From positions 1 through 32,434 of IMG/VR virus record IMGVR_UViG_3300024502_000032: DNA of 32,434 bases. One strand, written 5' to 3'. The notes below the pieces were generated by a model that ran no database searches, was not told where the DNA came from, and worked only from the letters and a program-made list of their open reading frames with translations. Positions within the stretch are counted from its first letter, which is position 1. Every line of letters begins with the position of its first letter. The DNA comes from a virus. Its lineage: Duplodnaviria; Caudoviricetes. Position numbers and translations under genes: made by a program. Shown here in pieces: positions 20,231-27,540 of this stretch.

Positions 20231-20710
20231 TTACTTATTATAAATAATGTTATCAAATTCTGAATTTGTTGGTCTTTCATAGCTATTTATGAAGTTATCT
20301 ACAACATGTGTTGGAATACTCTTTCCTGTCTCCATTTCTCTTTTTTTAAGTCTACGTAATAATTCAGGTTTTGGGACATTAAACACTACAGCATTCTTTG
20401 TATATATGTCAGGTACTTTTTTTAATATGAATGACCTTGAACGTTTATTCATATTAGTCATATCTACTATTATATCTTTATTAGATTTCAGTGATTTTGC
20501 TATATGACTATTAAGTTCTATATTTACTTTATTTTGTAATTCTGTATTTGAGAAAGATTCTGCATATGATAAGTTGTAATCTTTTCTTAGTTTGTCTAGT
20601 ATATCATCTCTAGATATTACTGTGGCATCTCCCGAATTTTTTGATACCCATGTGCTTTTACCTGATGCGGGTGGGCCAACTAAAAATGTTATGGTAGGTC
20701 TTAAATCCAT
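20231..20710 (-). CDS. P-loop kinase (AAA_33 / polynucleotide-kinase-like)
   Basis: Walker A GPPASGKST, ISRDD, IIVDMTN, RR..R lid, IP..V. Confidence 0.85.
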   Translation of the reverse strand: MDLRPTITFLVGPPASGKSTWVSKNSGDATVISRDDILDKLRKDYNLSYAESFSNTELQNKVNIELNSHIAKSLKSNKDIIVDMTNMNKRSRSFILKKVPDIYTKNAVVFNVPKPELLRRLKKREMETGKSIPTHVVDNFINSYERPTNSEFDNIIYNK

Positions 20711-20716
20711 ATTCTA

Positions 20717-21355
20717 TTAACTATAATAATTTTTAAATACATCGGTTGTCAATCCATAATCTATGATGGCTAACTGCTCTTTTCCATTTACTTTGATTAA
20801 TCCGTATGAATCTATCTTTCGCATATCACCTGATGGTATATCAAAATTTGCTACATAGTCATAAACTCCTCCTGTAAATTCTCCACTCATAACTCTATCA
20901 ACCAAGAAATCATCAACTTTATATCGTAAACCTCTTCTAATATGATATGAATCAACTGAAATTAATACATCACTAAAATCTTCAAAGTCAATTCCTGTAA
21001 TACGTTTAAAATCAGATTTTTTAACTTTTTTGGCTAAAGCCATTTCTAACCAAAGAAAATCTTCGTGATAGTCATAAACAGGAGCTACAATATCAGTTAG
21101 CATATAATCATTGCTATAATCAATTTCTATTTCATTCTGTGCTAATCCTTTCTTATTTTTTGCAAGTTTTAATACTTTTTCATTGTCTATATAATACACA
21201 ATCCTAGATGAGCCTTGTGCTATTTTTTTTAGATGTTCATCGCAGTACTTTTTCCTACTTGCAAATGATTTTAACGTTTTGAAAAATTTCATATCAAAAG
21301 ATTGCGGATAATCCTCTGATACTATGTTTTCTAAAATATTAGTTAATTTAATCAT
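20717..21355 (-). CDS. Protein-kinase-like fold protein
   Basis: GSSRIVY loop, VLKLA lysine, QNEIE helix, D....SYG loop, IIDYGL. Confidence 0.6.
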   Translation of the reverse strand: MIKLTNILENIVSEDYPQSFDMKFFKTLKSFASRKKYCDEHLKKIAQGSSRIVYYIDNEKVLKLAKNKKGLAQNEIEIDYSNDYMLTDIVAPVYDYHEDFLWLEMALAKKVKKSDFKRITGIDFEDFSDVLISVDSYHIRRGLRYKVDDFLVDRVMSGEFTGGVYDYVANFDIPSGDMRKIDSYGLIKVNGKEQLAIIDYGLTTDVFKNYYS

Positions 21356-21358
21356 ATA

Positions 21359-21724
21359 TTAAATATTCAGTTTTTCAGAATCTTTTGCAATTATAGCATT
21401 GCTTACAATGCTGTATAATTCTTTATACACTTTAACTTTATCTTCTCTAGGAATTTCATTTAAATACTCAGGATACTTATTTGCTGACAATATTCTACGA
21501 ATCCACTTTTTTAAAGGTTTTTCAAACTCACCTGTATAACCATCGTTATCTAAAACTATATCAGCATAAGCATCATCTGATAGACTATCTAGGTTTGTCT
21601 GCTTCTGGTCTATATCATCACCTACTAAATAGGTTTCTAAATAATTAGTAACATCAAACCAATCTTGTCTAATGTCAATCTTCTCTAGTATTATTTGTTT
21701 TGCTATACTATGTAATTTAATCAT
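21359..21724 (-). CDS. Hypothetical protein (MIKL.. leader)
   Basis: 121-aa ORF overlapping upstream gene. Confidence 0.65.
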   Translation of the reverse strand: MIKLHSIAKQIILEKIDIRQDWFDVTNYLETYLVGDDIDQKQTNLDSLSDDAYADIVLDNDGYTGEFEKPLKKWIRRILSANKYPEYLNEIPREDKVKVYKELYSIVSNAIIAKDSEKLNI

Positions 21725-21977
21725 TTTCTAATCCTTTGAAGTAATCATTTACGGTAGTTATATAGTCAGCTGCCAAAGTTATTTTTGATTGTACCCAAGA
21801 TGGTAAATCAGTAACATTGTGTAATTTACTATAAATTTCATAAGAATTTTGAACTACACTTTTGATTTGTGATTTAGCCATCTCAGACTCATAGTCATCT
21901 TCCAAAAAACTTGACACATCTTCAGTATCCGTATAAAAATTTCTTAGGTTTGATAGAATATATTCTTCTAGTTTCAT
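21717..21977 (-). CDS. Small hypothetical phage protein
   Basis: EMAKSQI....LPSWVQSKITLAADYI motif; TATAAGTA motif upstream. Confidence 0.65.
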   Translation of the reverse strand: MKLEEYILSNLRNFYTDTEDVSSFLEDDYESEMAKSQIKSVVQNSYEIYSKLHNVTDLPSWVQSKITLAADYITTVNDYFKGLEND

Positions 21978-22023
21978 AATTTGTTTTTATTATAAGTATA
22001 AAATTTTGGGAGATGAACCACTA

Positions 22024-22590
22024 TTATTTACCTAAATTTAATCCTTTTTTAGGTGTTTTTAATAACATTATCAAATTATATATAATAGCAAGTACTGCTA
22101 TACATACAGATATATATTGACCAATATTACCTCCATAAGAACTATCTAAGGTATCTGCTGCAAAATCTTCTAAATATTGTGTTAGTACATATCTTAATAT
22201 ATTAACTAATTTAGTATTACGAAGTCCTAGTAAGAATGCAACCTTTACAATAATTTTTGATATTAACTTACCTTCATATAATAACTCTGACTCATTAATA
22301 TCAATATCAATATCTTTTAGTAAGCTATTAGATATTTGTTCTATTTTATTAAAATTAAGGTCTATATCAGATGATTCTTCATTTATAGACACTACATTAG
22401 ATAATTTAGAAGCTAATTTGTTAAGTATAGATGGCTCATCAGTAAGTAATTCTTGAGTTAATGCAATAAACTTTTTATCTTTTAATAGTTTATCAGATAA
22501 GTCATTTATAGAATTTTTTAAATTAGAATCTAATTTAATATTTTCATTTAATAATATTTTATTTTTAGCTAGTTTTGATAATTTAATCAT
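22024..22590 (-). CDS. Hypothetical protein with C-terminal hydrophobic segment; likely start at MIKLSKL (22590)
   Basis: ATG at 22590 matches the shared MIKL leader and avoids overlap with the SET gene. Confidence 0.6.
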   Translation of the reverse strand: MIKLSKLAKNKILLNENIKLDSNLKNSINDLSDKLLKDKKFIALTQELLTDEPSILNKLASKLSNVVSINEESSDIDLNFNKIEQISNSLLKDIDIDINESELLYEGKLISKIIVKVAFLLGLRNTKLVNILRYVLTQYLEDFAADTLDSSYGGNIGQYISVCIAVLAIIYNLIMLLKTPKKGLNLGK

Positions 22591-22610
22591 ACAGGTATTT
22601 TTAGTTAATG

Positions 22611-23015
22611 TTACCAATCAATTTCAGAATCACTATAAGTTGATACAATTTCTACATCTTCATCTATATCACAAATAGCGTAGAATTCATCCGTATCTAA
22701 ATTGTGATATACATTTGGATTATTAGAATGATTTACATAGTATGCTAAATTTATGTTATTGGGTGTTCTTGACAAATAAATCCCACCATCAGTAACGTTG
22801 ACTATAGTTCTTAAATAGGATTCAGTAGATTTAGGAATACCTTTGAGGTCATCCCAAGATATATACATTGTATCAGAAGTTACATCTGAAAATAGTTTCT
22901 CATCTTTTTTTATTTTGCAAATACTAAATACTCCAACTCCATTGCATACCTTAGATGGTTTTAATTTTAATTTTGTATTATTTAGTATATTATATATAAT
23001 ATCAATTTTTTCCAT
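22611..23015 (-). CDS. SET-domain protein (putative lysine methyltransferase)
   Basis: S...GVGVFS...IKKDE, YVNHS..PNV, DI....EI..TY signature motifs. Confidence 0.8.
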   Translation of the reverse strand: MEKIDIIYNILNNTKLKLKPSKVCNGVGVFSICKIKKDEKLFSDVTSDTMYISWDDLKGIPKSTESYLRTIVNVTDGGIYLSRTPNNINLAYYVNHSNNPNVYHNLDTDEFYAICDIDEDVEIVSTYSDSEIDW

Positions 23016-23637
23016 CTTTTGAAAAATTTGTTATGTAGTTGTAATCAGTTTCATACCCACTTAGGTTCTCGACAGAGTAGATGTTCATATCTATCTTGTA
23101 ACCAGGATTTTTATCTATCCTGTTATAAGTCCAAGCAGTATCCATCCATATAATTCTATTATTAGGATATATAAAATAGTTACCATTATCCATCTTAAAA
23201 AAATGACCACATTTATGTTCAGGAGTTTCTGAAAAATTAGTATCAATAACATTTCTGTTTTCGTGTGACCAATCAAGTGTAAACATATATGTTCCTGAAC
23301 GTTTAACTCCACTTATCGATATTAAATCAGCTCTTAGACCTGCTAATCTTTCTCTAACATTTACATCTATGTATGATGAAAAACAATCCCAATACATATG
23401 TTCGGATAAAGGTAATACTTCTGATTCTTTTTTCCACACAAACGAATGAATAGGTCTACGAGTCCAATTTACTCCATTATCTAAAAATGCTTCAAATAAA
23501 GGAACTCTCTTCTGAATGGATGCAACTGAGTGAACATCTGCTAGAGTATATTCATCAAATCCTGATTCGTGATTATATAAAAACTGATTTCTTATTAAAC
23601 AAGTAACAGTTGGTATATTTGCATTTAGATAAGCCAT
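23002..23637 (-). CDS. Conserved-looking phage hypothetical protein
   Basis: LNANIP, WDCFS, YMFTLDW, EHKCGH, PNNRI motifs. Confidence 0.7.
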   Translation of the reverse strand: MAYLNANIPTVTCLIRNQFLYNHESGFDEYTLADVHSVASIQKRVPLFEAFLDNGVNWTRRPIHSFVWKKESEVLPLSEHMYWDCFSSYIDVNVRERLAGLRADLISISGVKRSGTYMFTLDWSHENRNVIDTNFSETPEHKCGHFFKMDNGNYFIYPNNRIIWMDTAWTYNRIDKNPGYKIDMNIYSVENLSGYETDYNYITNFSKDGKN

Positions 23638-23650
23638 TATGTTTTTTCAA

Positions 23651-24013
23651 TTAGTGTAATATGTAAGCTTCTATATGTTTATCACCCATTCTAAGTTTTC
23701 TTGATGCCCTTGAGTAACCATCTATAACTTGATTTTTATAAATTACGATAGGCAGGTTTAGGTTCTTTTCCCCAACTTTTTTAGGATTATACCTTTCTTC
23801 ATTAGATTCGTAGTAATCCTTAAAATCATCATCTTTTAGCAAGTCAGATATATTAATGGTTTCTAATTTCCAACCATCATTAGGTAAAACATATTTTCTT
23901 AAAAAATAATCTGGAATATCTGATTTTTTAGGTGTAATACTCCTAATATGATTTGCTACATCTTTACCTGAGTATGTAGTTGTTTCTTTTAGTATTTCTA
24001 TTAATTTTATCAT
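23651..24013 (-). CDS. ParB/sulfiredoxin-like domain protein
   Basis: LPIVI....VIDGYSR motif (PI.V...IDG.HR-like). Confidence 0.55.
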   Translation of the reverse strand: MIKLIEILKETTTYSGKDVANHIRSITPKKSDIPDYFLRKYVLPNDGWKLETINISDLLKDDDFKDYYESNEERYNPKKVGEKNLNLPIVIYKNQVIDGYSRASRKLRMGDKHIEAYILH

Positions 24014-24477
24014 ATGATATTAAAAGAATTACCTTGTAATATGTTCTTATCAGTAATTCTAGAATATTTGTTTATAGTCATAGCAATGTCTATAAACATT
24101 TTTACAGCTTTATTATCTACACCAACAAATTCATAACTTGCATCTTTCCAATTGTATGGGTCTAACTTAAAATAATCTTTTTCAAAATCGTAGATTAATG
24201 CTCTTACAGGTGCTACATCTGGATGTTTACATTTCATTGATATGACTATATTCTTTTTTGGGTCTAGATATATAGAACCTATTTTGTGAGGTACAATCTC
24301 ATTATTTAATATATTCTTTACTTTACTAGGTCTTAGTAGATTTGTCTTTATATTGAAATATATGTTTATGTCTTCTCCCAAAAATTTTGATAATCTAGTA
24401 TCCACTTCATCTTTAGTTAATAATTTAGATTCTAGTAAACTTTTTACTTTTTGTAATTCTTTAGTAATTATTTTCAT
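24010..24477 (-). CDS. Hypothetical protein
   Basis: 155-aa ORF. Confidence 0.6.
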   Translation of the reverse strand: MKIITKELQKVKSLLESKLLTKDEVDTRLSKFLGEDINIYFNIKTNLLRPSKVKNILNNEIVPHKIGSIYLDPKKNIVISMKCKHPDVAPVRALIYDFEKDYFKLDPYNWKDASYEFVGVDNKAVKMFIDIAMTINKYSRITDKNILQGNSFNII

Positions 24478-24494
24478 ATTTCAGTATTATAATA

Positions 24495-25262
24495 TTAGCT
24501 ATCACCTAAAGACCTGCCAATCTTTTTCAACCTACTTCTAAAAGAAGATATAGATTGTCTAACGCCTGATTTAGCTGTCAATGTTGGTTTTGTTTTTTCT
24601 TTCGGTTCTGTTAATTTTTTAGCACTTGCAGATAGCCTAAACTTAGATTTATCTTTTACTGCGCTTTCCGAGGTAAATGTCTTTTTTTCTTTTAATTCTT
24701 TTGCTGCTTTTATTTTTCTTTGTTCAGTTACTTTTTTCAATTCTTGTCTTTGTTTTTCTTTAAGAGCCTCTTCACGTTTCTTTTCAAAAACAGACTTAGA
24801 ATTTTCTTTAACTGACTGTGGTGTAATAAACAATAGAGTTCTTACAAATGTACCATCAGGGCCTCCACCGTTATACTTAGGAATTGATAATGTAAAGTTT
24901 TTATCTTGTATTATATTAATGTTACGCATTCTGCTTAACATGAAAGTTCTCCAACCGTGCTTTGCAAAACCTTTCCTTGATACAGATGGTGGTTCAACAT
25001 GAATTCTAATTAATAGATTTCCTCGTTTTGATATGCCTATTGCAACTGGTTTTCCTTTAACTCTTTTACCAGGTTTAACAGGCTCTCTTCTATATGGAGT
25101 ATCAGTAGGATTTCTACCTGTTCTAGGAGGTATTGTTTGATGTTTTTTTGGGCCTGAATACAAGAATTCAATGATATTCAAGTTCTGAATAGCATCTATA
25201 ATAGGCAAAGCCTGTTTAGTCTTCAGTAATAGTGGGTCTAATCCTTGTTTTCTAATTGCCAT
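24495..25262 (-). CDS. WYL-domain protein with basic C-terminal tail
   Basis: AI.....IEFLY, R...PVAIG...GN.LIR, GWRTFMLSRM. Confidence 0.65.
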   Translation of the reverse strand: MAIRKQGLDPLLLKTKQALPIIDAIQNLNIIEFLYSGPKKHQTIPPRTGRNPTDTPYRREPVKPGKRVKGKPVAIGISKRGNLLIRIHVEPPSVSRKGFAKHGWRTFMLSRMRNINIIQDKNFTLSIPKYNGGGPDGTFVRTLLFITPQSVKENSKSVFEKKREEALKEKQRQELKKVTEQRKIKAAKELKEKKTFTSESAVKDKSKFRLSASAKKLTEPKEKTKPTLTAKSGVRQSISSFRSRLKKIGRSLGDS

Positions 25263-25395
25263 ATATACTAGTATATTTCTCTATATAAATAGATATAGTA
25301 TAAACAATATCTTCAATAAAAAGGTTATTTTGAATAAAAGTAAAATATTTTGATTTTTTTTTTGATAAAAATGATGTTTATTAAAAATAAATTAC

Positions 25396-25403
25396 TATAT
25401 TTG
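25396..25403 (+). promoter_or_regulatory. Bacteroidota-type -7 promoter element driving the CRISPR locus
   Basis: TATATTTG matches TAnnTTTG; followed by CTGAAA as at 28537; -33 element is weak. Confidence 0.55.
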
Positions 25404-25408
25404 CTGAA

Positions 25409-25421
25409 AGTTCTTTGAAAA
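25409..25421 (+). promoter_or_regulatory. boxA-like antitermination site
   Basis: AGTTCTTTGAAAA between the promoter and the first ncRNA/array. Confidence 0.5.
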
Positions 25422-25432
25422 ACTAAAGATAA

Positions 25433-25508
25433 GTGCGGTTATGGAGGATAATCGCACGTTAAGTTAAACGGTGTATGTTGTAATGACATTAGCCGAAACC
25501 CTTGAAGG
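25433..25508 (+). ncRNA. 76-nt structured scaffold/leader RNA, copy 1 (tracr/omega-RNA-like)
   Basis: Identical to 27465-27540; hairpins GTGCGGTTAT/ATAATCGCAC, CGTT/AACG, CGGT..ATGTTG/TGACAT..GCCG; abuts first repeat. Confidence 0.65.
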
Positions 25509-25909
25509 GTCAGAGTACGTCTTTGGATTGTGGAGGGTATCTCACTGTTTGAAATTACCTTCAAGGGCTTTAATTTCCATTTCCGTCAGAGTACGTCTTT
25601 GGGTTGGGGAGGGTATCTCACATATCCATTGGTTGATTCAAATGGAAAACGTACAGTCAGAGTACGTCTTTGGGTTGGGGAGGGTATCTCACCTCCATAC
25701 ATTTAAAACCAAGGGGAACGTAAACAATTGTCAGAGTACGTCTTTGGGTTGGGGAGGGTATCTCACTAAAGCTGAAAATAAAGAAGCAGCAATAATAACA
25801 CGTCAGAGTACGTCTTTGGGTTGGGGAGGGTATCTCACAGAGATTAAGACTGAGTTGTGGTGATTTACTTATGTCATAGTACATCTTTGGGTTTGGGAAT
25901 GTATCTCAC
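25509..25909 (+). CRISPR. CRISPR array 1: 6 repeats of 37 bp (GTCAGAGTACGTCTTTGGGTTGGGGAGGGTATCTCAC), 5 spacers of 39, 34, 37, 35 and 34 nt
   Basis: Repeats start at 25509 (2 mismatches), 25585, 25656, 25730, 25802 and 25873 (5 mismatches, terminal). Confidence 0.95.
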
Positions 25910-25949
25910 TCCCAAAAAAAACAAAGTTATAACAAATAAAACAAAAGTT

Positions 25950-27458
25950 ATGGAAAATGTTTTAAAAGCATATAGGTTTGAATTACAACCTTCAAAAGAA
26001 CAATGTATTGAATTCGATAAACAGATAGCATCTTGTAGACATACTTGGAATGCTATGTTAGCACTAGATACTAACAAACACAGAAATTACTATATTAGTA
26101 ATCCTGATAAACTACAGGATTATATAAATAACCTAACTAAGGTTGAAGAGTTGAAGAATAGCTACGCTAAGTATCTAGTAGACAATCCGAATCCCACTTT
26201 TGAACAAAAATTGGATTTTTTTATTCCTGTTGTTGAAACCAAATTAAATTGTGGTGAATTCATAACATATGTAACAGAATATTTACAAGAGCGTATAAAA
26301 TCTAATACTGAAAGTCTTTCTAAAATAGAATCTATTGATGATAATTCTAAAATTTTGGCGAAGAAGCTAACAACTAAAATAGAATCAGACAATAAAAACT
26401 TATTAGATATTACTACAGTTAATAAAAAATATTCAAAATTAACATTGGGAAAATTTTTAACAATACTCAGGTCATATGAAAATTATGAATGGATGTCAAC
26501 TTGTCCAAGACTTTCCCAAACTGCTGTTGTTATAAATTACTACGAATCTTGGAATAAGTATTTTAAATATTTAACCAAACTAAAAAAAGGTGATATAAAC
26601 CATAGGGTTGGTAAACCTAAATTTAGAAAATATAAAGATGTTTCATCATTTATAACATCTTATGGTGACAATATTACATTAGAAAATTTAGATGATAATA
26701 AATCATTACTACATATTACAGGTTGTGACCCTATACGATTAATTAGGCATAGAGAACCTAAAGGTATTCTAAGGTCAGGGACTATAGTCAGGGAGTATGC
26801 AGGTAAGTATTATGTAAGTTTACTATATAGTATTGATGATTACCAACCTATTTCTAAAAAAACTGAAAAAGAAATAGCTATAGATTTAGGTGTTAAAACT
26901 TTAGTTGTTCAAAACGATGGACATACCTATGAAAATAAATCTAAACAAGTATCAGCAGATAAGAAATTAGCTAAGATTCAAAGAGAACTAGCTTTGAAAA
27001 CAAAAGGTAGTAAATCAAGAAGGAAAGTGATAGCTAAACTTCGTAAAGCTCATCGTAAAATAAAGAATATTAGAACTGACTACTTACACAAAGTTTCTAG
27101 GGAACTTGTTAATAATTATGATGTAATTTATACAGAAAACTTGAAGAATAAGGAAATGATAGAAAAAGGTACAAAGAGTCTATCTAAATCTCTACAAGAA
27201 AGTTCATTTGGTAAATTTGTCACTATGTTAGAATATAAAAGTAGAGAAGATGATAAGAGATTGATTAAGGTTGATACTTATTTTCCCTCATCTCAACTAT
27301 GTTCAAATTGTGGACATAAAAATACAGAATTAACTTTAAATGATAGAGAATGGGATTGTCCAGTATGCAATGAACATCACGATAGAGATTTGAATGCTGC
27401 TAAAAATATATTCAAAGAAGGTGTAAGAATAAAGAACTCAAAAGAGAGTTCTAAATAA
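25950..27458 (+). CDS. tnpB: CRISPR-associated TnpB/Cas12f-like RuvC nuclease, about 502 aa
   Basis: KAYRFELQPSKEQ/RHTWN N-terminus, GKPKFRK, RuvC-I AIDLG (D312), RuvC-II TENL (E396), CSNC..CPVC zinc ribbon, RuvC-III DRDLNAAKNI (D480); ATG at 25950 lies outside the array. Confidence 0.9.
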   Translation: MENVLKAYRFELQPSKEQCIEFDKQIASCRHTWNAMLALDTNKHRNYYISNPDKLQDYINNLTKVEELKNSYAKYLVDNPNPTFEQKLDFFIPVVETKLNCGEFITYVTEYLQERIKSNTESLSKIESIDDNSKILAKKLTTKIESDNKNLLDITTVNKKYSKLTLGKFLTILRSYENYEWMSTCPRLSQTAVVINYYESWNKYFKYLTKLKKGDINHRVGKPKFRKYKDVSSFITSYGDNITLENLDDNKSLLHITGCDPIRLIRHREPKGILRSGTIVREYAGKYYVSLLYSIDDYQPISKKTEKEIAIDLGVKTLVVQNDGHTYENKSKQVSADKKLAKIQRELALKTKGSKSRRKVIAKLRKAHRKIKNIRTDYLHKVSRELVNNYDVIYTENLKNKEMIEKGTKSLSKSLQESSFGKFVTMLEYKSREDDKRLIKVDTYFPSSQLCSNCGHKNTELTLNDREWDCPVCNEHHDRDLNAAKNIFKEGVRIKNSKESSK

Positions 27459-27464
27459 AAATCT

Positions 27465-27540
27465 GTGCGGTTATGGAGGATAATCGCACGTTAAGTTAAA
27501 CGGTGTATGTTGTAATGACATTAGCCGAAACCCTTGAAGG
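27465..27540 (+). ncRNA. 76-nt structured scaffold/leader RNA, copy 2
   Basis: Exact copy of 25433-25508, starts 6 nt after the nuclease stop codon, abuts array 2. Confidence 0.65.

Noticed and set aside
25441-25450. GGAGG in the first scaffold loop as a Shine-Dalgarno or CsrA site
   Set aside because: No credible ORF at proper spacing, and Bacteroidota rarely use SD sequences; no supporting evidence for CsrA.
25546-25584. Spacer 1 similarity to the scaffold (CCTTCAAGGG, 10-nt complement) and to the nuclease 5' region (GTTTGAA..TTAC..CCTTCAA)
   Set aside because: Matches are short or gapped and plausible by chance; not enough to claim self-targeting or autoregulation.
25471-25884. ORFs 25471..25863 (+) and 25657..25884 (-)
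   Set aside because: They translate through CRISPR repeats and spacers; the repeated peptides are artefacts of the array.
25857-25949. 31-aa N-terminal extension of the TnpB-like ORF
   Set aside because: It overlaps spacer 5 and the terminal repeat; homology to TnpB begins at MENVLKAY (25950), after an A-rich initiation region.
25950-27458. Calling the locus an active IS200/IS605 or IS607 element
   Set aside because: No tnpA and no recognisable left end; the gene is flanked by CRISPR arrays instead.
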